Assembly (NCBI GenBank): GCA_964035545.1
Contig: OZ037773.1
Location: 4,803,751-4,867,750, forward strand
Origin: Bugula neritina
Taxonomy: Eukaryota > Animalia > Bryozoa
Reading direction: 5' to 3'
Length of the DNA: 64,000 bases
In this document: positions 1-14,256 of the stretch, piece by piece
How positions within the stretch are numbered: position 1 is the stretch's first letter
Layout of the letters: every line of letters starts with the position of its first letter
Notes under the pieces: generated by a model
What the model saw: the letters and a program-made list of their open reading frames with translations, nothing else
What the model was told of the DNA's origin: nothing
Database searches by the model: none
Made by a program: the position numbers and the translations under genes

Positions 1-112
1 CAATGTAATTTGCCACCAATTTGCAATTGCAATTGCATCTGTATGGATAGTGCTGTCCAGTAGTCATATGAATGCAATGATTGCCAATCTGCAACGGTAT
101 GAGTGAACCTAC

Positions 113-248
113 CGTTGAATGACACATTCCACATTCTATGGGTCACGTCAAGGCCGTTTAAAAGACTACCATTAACCTCTAGAGTCTTGTTCAATGCCAT
201 GGCATACAGCAGTACTGCATCGTGAAATGCTCCAACAAAATAGTTCAC
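113..248 (-). CDS. NPR/receptor guanylyl cyclase-like gene, constant exon 4 (gene continues off the left edge)
   Basis: tag|GTG...AAC G|gtagg; translates VNYFVGAFHDAVLLYAMALNKTLEVNGSLLNGLDVTHRMWNVSFNG, a typical ANF-receptor extracellular motif; phase 0 start matches exon 3. Confidence 0.92.
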
Positions 249-605
249 CTACAGTTGGTATTAGAATGTAAAACTCTAATTCAAAAGACAAGAAAATAAT
301 CAAAATATTTCAAAATAATATAAAAAAAAAGATTCCCAGTAGTTACATGTAGAAGGTGATGTAAGCTAATGTTTTTTCAAGCCCTAATAAGCTACAATTT
401 ATTATATTCTCAACGCAAATGGCATATTGTTTTCAAATATAACTTGATCCATACAAATTATGTTTACATTTTTCAGAATTTATTTTATAGAAAATCTGCT
501 TAATTCCGTCATTATTTTACAAATTCTCAATACTTGATTACTTTTAAAATCAACATTTTTGAACATAGATATAGTTAGAGGCAACAGCTGGTTACACCAA
601 ACTAC

Positions 606-801
606 CTCTTCCTCAGCGTACTGCACATCAGGGAACTCTTCCTTTGCCTTCTCCTTCACTTCCTTTGAGAACTGAATGTATTGTTGGTTGTTGGGTGTCT
701 TCAGAGTTATGGTCAGCACCGACTTGAATGCCTCTTTGGTTTTTTCATTTTCTGCCAATGACTTTGTTGGGTCATACCAAGGCTTGGCCAATTCGTTTTT
801 T
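606..801 (-). CDS. NPR/receptor guanylyl cyclase-like gene, constant exon 3
   Basis: tgcag|A AAA AAC...GAA GAG|gtagt; KNELAKPWYDPTKSLAENEKTKEAFKSVLTITLKTP...YAEEE; 196 nt, phase 2 to 0. Confidence 0.92.
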
Positions 802-1758
802 CTGCAGCACACAAAAATATACATGGGAGATAACTACTACTCAAATATTACATTGAAATCAGTATAAAGTTAGTTTCAGTTAACAGTTTGCTGTGGCGTG
901 TAGGTGGAAAAAGTAACTTTTAAACTTTTGTCTACTAATAATCCTACCAGCTCCAACTCTATATTAAAGTAAGAGCTTTACTAAACTAATATTTCACATA
1001 ATATAACATTCAGTATAACTCAGCAGTCATTGTATATCACCAGGAAATGTCACATTATCAAGACAAAGTGTGTGCATAAAGCCTTGTTGCTAGACGTACA
1101 GTAAATCAGAAAGCCGTATTAAGTTATGCTTTTGTATGCAGCACATGATGCTATTAGCTAAATTAGGTTAATGTAATAGCATGGCTTTAGCGCAGTGCAA
1201 TATATTAAACTTACATTGCAATTACTAAATTAGCTTTAACAAATTAACAGTCATTTTCTCAAACCTTACATTTGGTAATAAGCTGATAGTAGGATTAGTC
1301 GCAGCCAATGAATTAGCCTGGTTTAATTTTATATAATATGACTTAACATCAGCTATATATATACTAAGGCTATATATATATACATTATAAGTGATAATTG
1401 GGTTGACACTTAATAAATTTTAATTGGTTTCATTATTTGTTTGTAAAATATCGGATTAAACTAATTATATTCTTCATGAATTCAGTCTGCATTGCAAACA
1501 TGTCAACTGCCATAGGCAGAGTTGCCACATTTCTATAAGCTGTCATATTTAAGAGCCAATGAATTATTTGAATATACTTTTTTGTCAATAAGTTATCAAG
1601 TTTTCCATTCAACTTAAATACATTGCATTACGTTATTTGTGAACCTTATATATATAGTGCAGGTATTTTTGGCTCTAAATAAAATCTTAAGATAGCCATA
1701 AACCTTTAAGAGGTTTTGAAGAGGCACACCTTTATTTACTGGAATGACACTTTTATAC

Positions 1759-1767
1759 TGCAGCAGT

Positions 1768-1798
<31 letters not shown>

Positions 1799-1801
1799 GC
1801 A
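1759..1801. repeat. (CAG)n microsatellite
   Basis: Imperfect gcagcagtagcagcagcagcaacagcag run. Confidence 0.9.
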
Positions 1802-2361
1802 CTGAAGAGTACAGTTGGTAATACAAGGAGAGTTATAATAACATATATGAGCCATACACCTACACGTAGACAAACAGACAGACAAACAAGCAGTTAGCGT
1901 AGGGCTACACAACGCTGGATTCCCGTGAGAGTACATATTGCAGGAGGGGGGTAAACCGTCCCGGAGCAACCTGCCAGCACAATGCGTGTGTTGTGAGTGT
2001 AAAATTTATTAGCTAATAATCTGGAAGCTTAAATTTACTGCTCGCCTACAGACAATTGTTTTTAAATCTACGTCATAGGCAAAGTGAATTATTATAAAAG
2101 CAAAAATGCAAACTATATAAAACTGTTTTAATGCAGTTCCCTAAAACCTAAAACGTCAACTGAAATAAAAAAATGTCCTCGCTAAATGGTGATCAGCTAA
2201 TTAAATAAAACTGCACAAGCTTTCTGCACTTGAGGCTCAGCATGTCATCTGCATGAAAATCCACACACTATAACACCCCATTTTCAGGCTAGACCAGTTC
2301 CCCTCCGCCACCCCCTGCACGTCACGCACGAGTAATCCGAGTGGTGTTGCTTATACCCACG

Positions 2362-2470
<109 letters not shown>

Positions 2471-3515
2471 CGCGTGTTTACGACATTGCTTTAGTGTTTT
2501 TATGCTGATTTTATAACTTTGATACAAGCATGGGTTGAACATGCCCACTTAACTGAAAGCTACAAACTAGCATTCTAAAATTTGACCTATAATGTATACT
2601 TCTATTGCAGCAGAAGTGGGCATGTACCATAAACATTATATAGCTTAGCATAGCATATAATTGGCAGTAAAATAATAATTGATAGAACTTAATGGCACAA
2701 TTGTCGAATTATCGAGATGCATATAAATATGAGATGTGCACAACAAACTATAATGGACGCAGCAGTTGAATACAGGTAGACACAGGTAGATACAAGTAGA
2801 TGCAGGTAGACACAGGTAGACACAGGTATTGTAGTAATGCATAATTACGGTGCAACAGAGCATATAGCCAAATTTCACCTGTAAAATTGTGATCTCGAAA
2901 CCTCTGATCATTACCCACTGATAAAGCGCCATTGACCAGTACTCCAAGGTCAATCACACCAACACTATCATAGTTACTATACACTGCACACAGTGTTTAT
3001 AATAAACCCTAGGTTTAATGCAGTATAGTTGAGAAGTTACTTATATTGTTATAGAACTCTCTTTTCTTCTTGACAATTTAGTGTCTTAAATGTTTACAGC
3101 GTGTAATCGAGTTGGTTTTTATTACTGCATGAATCAGAAGATGATTAGCAACTGTATGATGTCAACTTCTGTATATATATATAAGATGTGGATTTACAAA
3201 TAAAGATATAGTTTTTAGCCGTCAACCAAGTGTAGTCTTTTCAGTATAAATATAATACCTGCAGCTAACACAACATAAAAGACAATACCTAATTGCTGTG
3301 AAAAATTGTAAAGAAAAGATCTGTTTTGCTATATAAAAATTTATTTCCTGCAGGATGCAGTAAAATTATTTTTTTAATTAAAGATCAAATTTAGAGCTTT
3401 TCTATCATGGATATTAATTATCGATACCACACCTATACTGTTTACTGCACATTGGTGTATTTGCATTTATTCACTGTATGTAGCCTGTTATCTATTGATG
3501 TATGTAGCTGCTTAC

Positions 3516-3627
3516 CTGCCAAACATATCAATACTGAAGAACACATATTCTCCGTTAGTATAACCAAGGCTATGTGCAGAGAGCATTAGTTTTCTCATGG
3601 AATCCGGGCTTGCACACAGGAATATTA
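3516..3627 (-). CDS. NPR/receptor guanylyl cyclase-like gene, constant exon 2 (not in ORF track)
   Basis: ttttag|TA ATA TTC CTG TGT GCA AGC CCG...GGC AG|gtaagc; (I)IFLCASPDSMRKLMLSAHSLGYTNGEYVFFSIDMFG(R); 112 nt, phase 1 to 2, bridges exon 1 and exon 3 in frame. Confidence 0.93.
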
Positions 3628-3649
3628 CTAAAAGTGCAGAAAATACGTT

Positions 3650-3836
3650 AATGACATCACTGAACATTGTATTTATGACATCACTGAGTAATGCGTCTAT
3701 GACATCACTGAGTACTATATTGATGACATCACTAAGTACTATATTGATGACATCACTGAGTAGATACTGTATTTATGACACCACTGAGCACAGTATTTAT
3801 GACATCACTGAGCACTGTATTTATGACATCACTGAA
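3650..3836. repeat. ~21-nt minisatellite with TGACATCACTGA core, about 9 copies
   Basis: Repeated (t)atgacatcactgag units next to the exon 2 acceptor. Confidence 0.9.
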
Positions 3837-4742
3837 TAGCCACTATATACATGTCCCTATATAATGACTAAATGTGCAGCTATGGAGAAATTTCAATAAC
3901 ATAACTTAATTGATTCTATTTGCAGTTTTTAGTTTTAGATTTGGGTTAGAATCATGAAATATATAGCTTTTTGCTACATCTCTATTCTAGAACACTGACG
4001 TTTCTCAGTCATCCTCCAATTACTGCATTTTCCTAACGCGATTGAAGTACGAAAATTAAGAATAACAACATAACAAGTGTGTAATTTCAGCTAGAATCAA
4101 AACCAGAAAGGATGGCAAAGCTAACACCCAAATTTTTGTTGTTGAAAAATTTTATGAACTCTGCTTGACTTTATTCTATGTAGTCAAAAAGGCAAAATAT
4201 TGAAATTGTTTTTTTGGAAGCCTAGAAAATGAATGCAATAAGCAACTGCTTTCTCTTGAGCAAAATTGAAAAACTATCACTCATATAAATGATGCAGGGC
4301 TCCCTACCTACCCCCCCCCCCCTTATAAAAAACTGCAATGTACAAACACACCAAGTGCTGGCTGGAGCTTACGGTGCAGTACATTAGTAAAGCTGGGAAT
4401 CAGTTTTACAAGTCTATCTGTCACGTAGCTTTTATAGTCTGCTATTCACTAATTGGCTGACATGCAGTATAGTAGAAATTGATTCTGACATTTGTCTAAA
4501 AAAATCAAGTGTCTGTAGAGATCAAGTGTCTGTAGAGATGAAACGCAAGTCTCAACAGCTAATTAGAACTCGAAACAACTGCTTGACTTCATCGTCAGAA
4601 TATAAAACCTTTTCTTTCAAAATTAATACACAAAATCAGGCTATGCCGCTGCAAAACATTATGTATTTTACACATGCCAACTCTAAGTAACAATTAAGTG
4701 CAATTAAAACTCGGCCACAAACTAAACTTGTGTAAAAAACAA

Positions 4743-4747
<5 letters not shown>

Positions 4748-4800
<53 letters not shown>
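4748..4800. repeat. (TA)n microsatellite
   Basis: Perfect TA run. Confidence 0.97.
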
Positions 4801-4802
<2 letters not shown>

Positions 4803-5149
4803 ATCAGGTAAATAACTCATTTATTGTAATATTGAGTAACACGTTTTATATCTAATCATAAAGAGCTTTAGAAATATGGTAGACGTATCACATTTTTATT
4901 AGAATGTGCATATCATTATTCTAACTGATGCGCAAAGCTTCAGTAAATTAAATTGTAAAAATAAACAGTGTGAATATAAAATTTTAGATGAATGGAAAAT
5001 CTATCTCATGGCAATACAGGAAAAATCTTTCCGTGTGTACAAATTATAAAAGGGGCTGAGAATAATAGTATGATGATAAGATTAAGAACTCTTATACTGG
5101 CATCTTACACAAAAATTTCTCTGACTGCACTTATAATTCAATATATATG

Positions 5150-5382
5150 TGCACAGTGTATGTAGTGTATAGTATATATAGCATAATGCATATGGTATAT
5201 AGCATATATAGTGTATAGTGTATAGTGCATAATGTAAAGTGTATTATAGCGTTAAACATATAGTGTATAGAATATAGTGTATAGTGTACAGTGTATAGTG
5301 CATAGCATACGGGGTATAGTATAATATAGTGTATATAGCAGATAAGTTACGGTGCATATTGCATTGTGTATAGTATTCAGTA
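5150..5382. repeat. Degenerate (TATAGTG)n tandem repeat
   Basis: Recurrent tagtgta/tagcata 7-mers. Confidence 0.75.
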
Positions 5383-6064
5383 TAAAGATGGTGGAAATGA
5401 AGCCAGCAAAAGTTTAATATACCTATAATTAGCTTGTTCGTTTGTTAGAAACCCGCATTTCTTTTAATTAAATTTGCAATATGAACTTTATAAAACTCAA
5501 AACCTACACTTTATATACCATAAATTCTAAAGCTCTATGTTTGTTTGTGTGAGCTGTAAAACAGGAGTCAACAGCTAACTATCTTCTCTTTGCGGTGTGG
5601 TTGTGTCAGATGTATAATAACTCACTCAGCCCTTCTCAATTATCTAATCAACAAGATGTACTTAGAGAGAGAACATTTAGGCACAATGAATATTGGCATA
5701 TGCAGTCTACACTATAACCTTTAATGGTTTCTGTAATTAACTTTAGCTGAATTCAATATACTGACATAACTGCAAGCCGTAAGCATGAAACTGGTGCCTA
5801 TTGTAGTCTTGATAATGGGGTTCATATACCTTTATTATGCAGCCTTTGTCAAACAATGCGTTTGTATTTCATTTCAGATTTAATACAGCATTGAAAAGTT
5901 GACTCATACAATACCCGGACTTGCTTTGTTTTGATTTGCTGCTAACAGGGCATAATTTTGTGTGCCTCAGCTAGCATGAGTAAAAGTTGTTTTAGATGTT
6001 CTGCAATACATCCTTTGCAGCTTGTCTTAGTAAAGGCTATGCATTTATAACTTTGAAAAAACCC

Positions 6065-6280
6065 ACGTGAGTTTATATAGGTCACTATCTCTCTCTGAAA
6101 AATTCCAGGTGGAAAGAGGTTTTTAGTGTGGTAAAGACTTGTTTTCTGATGTGGCACAGGAGCAGTTGTGACTAGATGCTTTTTCTAATATTACCAATGG
6201 TCTTTGCTGGGGATCAAACTCATATTATTGGGTTTATTAAGCCAACGCTCTAATACCGCTAACCTTAGACTATGGCTGCA
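6065..6280 (-). mobile_element. Degenerate tRNA-derived SINE copy
   Basis: Reverse complement resembles 52813-53028 (cagccatagtctaagg...ttagagcgttggcttaataaac...gagtttgatcccc). Confidence 0.65.
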
Positions 6281-6410
6281 TTTATAACTTGAAGTTTATC
6301 AAAAAAGCAAAAAGTCACAATTAGAATAATTAGTTAAGAAAACCCTAATCATCCTGCTGCGAAACACGAATATTTATTCTCAAGTTTAAATTACAAAACA
6401 AAAAACTTAC

Positions 6411-7077
6411 TGCGAGTAGACAGTGAGGCTTCTAAAAGTAGTTTCGTGGCATTAAATTCTGTATTTTCATCAAACTTTCGTTTAAATGCCACATCCGGTT
6501 TGCCTGTGTATTCAATGATCATTTCTAGCATTGGCCACATGAGCATATAACATACACTCCGGGGTGTGCCTTCTGGATTTCCATGGTATATTAGTGCCAC
6601 ATTCGTCCAATTATACTTGATAAGGATGTGTTTGAATACTGTAGCTGCTTCAGAGTATTGCAGGCCTACTCTGGTTAATGTTTTGTATTCCGACTTTTCT
6701 GAGAAGCTTGTTTCTAGTGCACCGGCTGTTATTACTGGAATGTTCCAGTAAGCAGCGTACCTGGACACAGGTGCGATAGAGTATCCATACACAGGCCCTA
6801 AGAAGAGGTACACTGATCTGTAGATGTCTATGGCGGCTAGAGGCCCATGCACTTCTGAACGCTGAGAATCTCGAGATACTAGTTTTATGGTTAAATTTAG
6901 ACTCGCAAGTTTCTCTTTGTTTACTTTGGCGATTGCCATTTGGACGGCTGGCTTTACCTGACTCATGCTGTAGGAATAGTTGGCATCGTAAGGAAGCAGT
7001 AGCCCAATGGGAATGTCTTTTCCCAGCACACATTTTATGACAAGCAGAGAAACAACAAGCGTTGCCCAGGTTGCCAT
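6411..7077 (-). CDS. NPR-like first coding exon, variant 1a: signal peptide plus N-terminal ANF-receptor ligand-binding domain
   Basis: MATWATLVVSLLVIKCVLG signal; motifs GPLAAID, FLGPVYGYSIAPVSRYAAYWNIPVITAGA, EYKTLTRV; donor CGC A|gtaagt (phase 1). Confidence 0.92.
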
Positions 7078-10000
7078 CCTCAGCTCTGAAATATTATTGC
7101 GGAGTAATTCCTTAGGAGAGAAAGATCACTTACATGTAGCCTTCCCATAAGTCCCTTCTTTGTCCACTCAATAAGAGTAAAACGTCAACTATACCTCGCA
7201 CTTAGCCACAAGTTACTTAAGGCAAGTGTGTTTAAGCTGTGACTAACATATAATCTCGAGGTCATTGGCAGGGAGTAGTATAAGTGTACAGTGGTCAGTA
7301 ATTACTATGATAACAGTTTACTGCTCAATTGGTAACTCTACCAGCAGGCTAACACAGGCAGGCTGTGAGTTTCTATTTCTTAATTTATAGATTGTAGTTA
7401 TAGATCTAAAAACTATTCCGTTTTCTTCAAGTGCTGCGTGCAGGTCGTACGAAAATAAAGAATGGACTGATCAATAACACTGTGAAAAGGCATAGGGCTT
7501 CTATTGGCTAGATGTATAATAGTGTACTATCCATACATAATGAGATTGGATAACCAAGTAAGTTATTATCCACTACTTGAGTAAACTACCCACTGCTAAA
7601 AAAAGTTTTGCTTAAAACATTCAGTGTCATTTTCAAAATTTTAATTTTAAATAGAATTGCTTTCTATACTTAATTTCTCTTTGTAGAGTGCAAAAAGGTT
7701 GACTTGTAAAGGTGCAATTTAGGTTTGCAGCTTTGATTCTGCTAACTTAGGGAAGCAAGCTTTGAAATGGCCAATTAAGAACCAGTTTAATGCTTTGGTT
7801 TAAGTATGTATCAATTCTAATAGTTGTTCAATAGAGTTTCTCTAATATACTTCACCAGCTGCAACCTTCAACCTGCTATGTTACAATTGCGTTACATCTA
7901 CTTCTGGCAAATTAGCCAAACACCCTGCCTTGTTACAATCGCATGCACTACTGATACAACTAGATAACTACATGTGACCATTCTGTTAAATTTACTTTTG
8001 AAAAAATTAAACAACCTATACTGTAAAAATTATGCTACACGCACTTTTGATGCAAATAGCAAGCTGCATGTAATTAAGTTTATATGCTACATCCATTCCT
8101 GGTAGACATAGAAAACTGTGCGTATAATTACATTGTGCATGGTAATTACCAATTCACAAATACTTTGTTTGAGAGGCTTGTCATAATATTGATTATGAGG
8201 CAGATAATTGCATTATAATATAGCATTACCTCAGCATGATATATATGCCATAATACTCAATTCTGTTTTACTCTCTTCATACCAAGAAACACGGATATAC
8301 TTTGTTTTATATGTAGAGTTTATTAATTATTAAACTTATTTGACTCTACTTAATAATAATGTAATATTACTCTTATGCAATGTGTTCAATGGCCTTTATA
8401 CAGACGGTGAATGAGAAGACAACTTCTTGAATAAAATCGACCAATGAATTATTTTGAACATGCACTTGAATAGAGACAGAATTATTTTTTTAAATGTCTC
8501 GAAATCTAAGTGTGTAATATCAGTGTGTTAATATCAGTTGTCTTTAAAAACAGAAAGCAAGAAAATAATTTTGGGACTGATTTTATATCAAAGACCTCCT
8601 TTCTTTGCAACTCAAGTTCATAGAAAAAGCTGGTGATTGGATATTTACGAAACAGATATGTTTAAGATCAACTTTATGTAAATATTATCACATACCATTC
8701 TTTGTATTTTACAACACAAAAGGTGGTATACAGGAATGAGAGATTTATTGCTATGAAATTTACTAACAAAGGCTAGGGCACACTCATTAATTGCATAGTT
8801 TGTAAAATGCAACGGTATATATGGGAACTTTTATATTTCCTAATTGAAAAAGTGAGCATGACTCTGGGGAAGCAACTCCTTTCATTGAAAATATGCCTTT
8901 GCTAATGCAGTCTGTAAGACATATGAAACAAAATCTGGAAATATTTTAAAGGACTCATAGCCTTATAAAAAAATAACTAATACTATTGTTGACCCCAGAA
9001 ATGATATAAAATGATATGATATGAAATGCTATGGCATAACAAATTTTTCATATCATGCAGTAAAGTGCAAACAACCTGCTACCCGAACAGGACAAATCGG
9101 AGATAGGTGAGAATACTAATGTGCAAACAAATTAAAGCCCTATTGTTCAATCTATATTCATATTGGGAAATTTCTTTACATTCTCAACCCAGCAATAAAA
9201 CAAATGTAAACATGAATTATAACTACCACGTTATACGAAGAGAAGAGCTAGAATGATTTTTAAGCAAACTATTATAATGATAATCATTGTTATGTAATTG
9301 AGAAAAACTTTATTTGCAATAAATTTTTAATGCATGATTTCTTTTTTATATTTCGAAAAATGCAAAATAATTTGCACGGCATGCATACTACGACTTTAAA
9401 CATAATATATTTATTACAACGCTCTTTCCGTATATTTCGCCAAGCTGTAGGTTCCCACAACCTCAATTTGTGACACAGTAGAATACCTGATTTAACTCAT
9501 GGATTAGCTATACACACATACGTAAGCCCCAAAAGGAGGGTCCAAGCCTTTCTCGTGATTTATGAATTTGTGAGAAATGGAACCTTGAGATATGGAAGGA
9601 GCACTGTATATGTATTTATATGCAGTTTTATTAGTTCAGTTACATGACTTGTAATCTAATTATATTTGTGGTAGTTGAAAGTTTTCTAGACTCAGAATGG
9701 CAAGTTATAGTCATTGACAGCCATGATAGAACAACTACCACTTGTGTACAGCTTCACAATTGGTTGTCATGGGGACAGACAAACAATTGAAAAATGTGAA
9801 GTTTTGAGTTTTTAGCTTGCCAATATTAGAACTACTTTATGTGAATAAAATACTGGATAAATTAAACAAATTGTATTATGATAGTCACATTTTTTTCGAT
9901 TTATTAGCTTATTAGTATATCACACACAAAATATGTTGTGTTTAAAATGTTGGATTTATACACATTTTTACTCCTTAAAACTAACAAAAGTTAATATACA

Positions 10001-12869
10001 CATTTCAAAAAAGTATACTTTAATATTTTGCCATTTAGGTAATAAAACTTCTATATTCTATGACTAAGCGTCATCATGGAATTTGCTGCAGTGTGGGTGG
10101 TTATATATCTTATGCAAGGAATGCCTTAACTCATCAGCTGTAAATGTTAAAAAGAAAACTGCCAATATTAAACAGGATGTATAAAATTGTATAAAATAGA
10201 AAATTGCAAATGATAGACTCTGTTTTACAACTGCAACTGAAAATCTTTACAGTAGTTATCTCCTCTTTGTGGTATCCCTGTACTGCCTATAAGGAGATTG
10301 CTTGAGACTATCTCTAAGTTCGAAGCAATAAAACACATTCCTATAAAGCTATCTACTACCTATAAGCTTTCTTTATTGTTTACGTTATAAATTACATGCT
10401 GGCACTGCTAAACATAGAATAAAGAGAACAGAAAAACTCTATGACATTAAATAAGCTATTGGTTTTTACTAATTCTTACCAGCTGTTTACAAATTTTCAA
10501 ATTGCAAGTACGAGAATTACACGCTTATGACATTTCAACTGCAGTGCAGACACGTAAATTTTGCCATTTTTAACTATTGCTACTCTAAGTGCGTGGAAGG
10601 CAAATGGACTGCACTAATGCACCCATTAACACTGACTGCTTGTTTTATCTAAATATAGCATCTTGTAAATGTCATGCCTAAAGAGATAGAGAATTGCTTG
10701 AAGTGCATAGAACAGATTTTTACCCTGCTTTGCCCGAATTTTTACAGGACTTGATACCTTCATTAAAAAATGTGTATCAAAGCATATTTAAGTACTTTTA
10801 TATAAGCTTTCAAATTTAATAAGTGATCGAACCAAAAAAGCATCAACAATGCTAAAGACAATAGAAAGAATATTGATATTAATGATGATATTAATAATGT
10901 CTCATATGTTCACAGTAAATAAATGTAGAATCAAGTGAAATAAAGTGACATAGCTTGTCTTCCCCAACTGTGAAAAAGATTTGGATTAAACTATGCAAAT
11001 AAAAGCTACTATAATATATTACTATGTGCGGAAAGCTGACAGAGAATATACACAGGCTAAAATATAGTGGGATTTCTCAATACTGACTAACTAAATCAAA
11101 TATTATAATGAATGATAATGACAAACCGATAACATGTTTATAGTATAGCCAGCTGGTGACAGCAAAATGTATGGAAAAAGAATGACATTCGGTAACTATC
11201 TTAAGAAAACTAAGAAGACATTGAAAATGATGAGACTGGAAGTATTTTAATACGCATGAAACATTCCAGAAACTCAGATATAAAACAGGAAATGGGAGCA
11301 ATAGAACTCTTTGTTTCATTATTGTCTAGAAAAGGTACTACCAGGTCACTTTAGGTTAAGAGCTGAAATGCTGAGTAATGAGAAATAATATTACTAAAGT
11401 CTATTTAGCTACAGCTCTTAGGCTGCATAGCTATGTGCAGTAAGATTTTCTAGTACTTATTGACTAATCAAATTGAAGTATAAATGTAGACACAAATAAT
11501 ACTGTTAGGGTTCAGTTATCAGCCAGAAAACACCTTAAACTAATATGCTTATTATAGTTCAGTAATACTGTTTATTAACTGGATAAACCAGAATACTCAT
11601 TATAATATGTATTGCCTGGGCTAGCTAGAAATAATATTATTCTCGTAATAATTTCATAACTTTGAGCGTAGCTACTGCTTTGTAGTATAATAGTATCTAA
11701 CTATTCTTTAGCAAGCACATCCACTGGTCAATTAATAAGTTAAATTACCCATAATCCATCATGAAATGAGTTGTAACTATTTGCAACTATCAAATGTTTT
11801 CAAAGAAAATTTCTTTGCAAAATTTAAAATGTGGCATCATCCATAATTGAAAATGATTTCAGCCTCTCTTATGTATAAAAAAATTTCTTAAGACAATTAA
11901 ACGTTTTATTACAAAATAAAATAACAATTTTATGAAAAATTTAGCAAAAAATGAAGCAAGTATAACTTTTTATTGCTGCATAACTTTGAAAGTCAATGTT
12001 TGATCTCAGCTAAAAATACAGGCAAATTCCAACCTATGGTCATACAGCTGTAATGACTCTAACTGCAGTGTGGTACTTTTCTTACATCATCAGTATTAGT
12101 AATTAATTGTAAGTATTAAATGATGTTTTCTGCATTCTATTAAATTATTAAGAAATATCGTTGCCTGTTTTATTCAGCTGTGAAACTCTTTCATGGCTGT
12201 TTATTTTGTCAAACTTCAAACTCTTAAGCTGATTGATTATTTTTAGAAACTAATGGAGAACTATATTTAACAAATTAGGGCATTTGAAATAGCTCCAGGA
12301 GCCTTCACCAAATTTCTTACAGTTAGTCTTTTAATTCCAACATAGTTTATGGTCATTCAACCTGAGTTTGCTAACGAAAGAGAGCAATTATTAGCAATGC
12401 CATTTTCTGCTCCGTGACCAAATTTGTAGTAATACTGCAGGTTTAAAAGTTGAAATTACCTCAAATACTGTTGTACTCAGCTTATTAAGTACCATTAGCT
12501 AAGTCATTTACTGGCTGTGTCAATAGCCATTGTAGTTTTATACAGTTGACATCATAAACCAATTATCAGCAAATGATGGTTGCATGTTAGTTTAATTATT
12601 TTAGTAGCACCCAGGCTATACATATGGGTGGTGGGAGAGCTCTTTTTACTGCCTGTAGAAAAGAAATATAACTGATAAACTCATTCTTTCTTCTGCACAC
12701 TACCAAGTTTAAAATGAAAACTTTGAGTAATAATAATTAAAATTATGACAAAAAAAGTAACGCTATGTTAAATAAATGAAATATTTTAGCTAAGTGTTAT
12801 CAAGTATATTGATGATTAATATTTTTTGTGCTAAAAAAGAATTTCAATGAGTAGAGTATAGTATTAAAA

Positions 12870-13008
12870 CAAATTGGTGATATTAAGAAGAGCATCCAGT
12901 TATAATTGCTCCTGTGCCACATATGAAAAATTCCTTAGCCCGATTTAACAAAAACCTCTTTCATTAGGGGCTTCTCACAGAAATGGTGACTGTAAACTTG
13001 CACGTGAG
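12870..13008 (+). mobile_element. 5'-truncated SINE copy (duplicated at ~21075-21211)
   Basis: aagagcatccagt...ttccttagcccgatttaac...atggtgactgtaaacttg shared with 52900-53025. Confidence 0.75.
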
Positions 13009-14256
13009 CTTTGTTATGAACATTTGAGTTAGATGAATTTGCTATCATACATCGTCTCAATTTAAGTCAGCATTCAATTATGTAATATAGGCAGATTGTT
13101 TCAGCGTGAAGTTTGTCTTCCTTCATTAGTATTCAAATGATGGCCCAAAGTTGCCAATAGCCTTGGAAACAAATGTGAACAAAGTCTTAAACGTCTGTAG
13201 ACATATATCGGCTAATGTGTTATGCTTGTAAGATGTGTCAAAAATTGATTAAGAGACGCAAGTAATGTCCAGTGCCTGATAATGATTTTAATATTTTGAA
13301 TTAATTAGTTAAGATGATGTAAACACCATTAGCTGACAGATCCTATTTTCTTGTATTACTACATATTAACAGCAGTCTAGAAAACATAGCTTTACTTCAA
13401 AGTAACTTGCTTACTTTGAAGTATCAGTGTACATCAGTTAAAAAGAAATAAGAGAAGCTGAATTGCAAATAATTGTAAGATTAAAGAGAAATTATGCAGA
13501 TAATACAAATACTGTTTTGTACTGTCGTTTATGAACCACAGCAGCAAATTACTAAAGAACACTTAAAACAGTCACTTTTTATCTTTACTTTACAAGTCTT
13601 TAAAAAGGTTTAGGTTATTTCCATCTAGCAATAAGCAAAGATACAAACAGAAACAGTATAAGCAATGCTAATTGTGCATCACCCATACTTAAAGAGCGAT
13701 CAATATTGTGATATGATTTGTCACAACTTTCTACTACTATTCTATTTTTTATTCCAAGTAAAAGGCTAAGATATGAGTTATTTTTCTATAAAATTTGCTT
13801 TATATTTCTAAATGAACCCAGATGATATGCAATATTTAAGTATATATATTATCTAACATCTGCTCATTATTATCAAGTTGAGATCTGCATATCTAAATGA
13901 AAATATGCAAAATTAAACTTATTACTTTGCTTAATGGCGTTTTTATGTTAGTTTGTTCTAATTAAGTACAAAGGCATCACAAGTACCTCTAGTGTCACAA
14001 ATGTCAGAAGCTAATGTCAGAAATGTTTAGAAGTAACAAGAAAGGTCACGCGCCTATTTTAGAACGTTTAGAAAACAAAAAAGCTCACCTATTCACTTTG
14101 CATCATTGCATTATTCTAATGAGCCTATATATGTTTCTCCCAACATTAAAGTCACTATAGATCACTTGGTCCTCAGGCATGCAAGTATTCAAGTCCAAAT
14201 ACTTTTAAATTTAGCCCCAAGTGTATATATGTTGGAAGATAATTTACTTTACTTAC

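Noticed and set aside
11077-11319. 80-aa ORF identical in both duplication units (also 19284-19526)
   Set aside because: Identity is explained by the homogenised DNA block; no recognisable protein features
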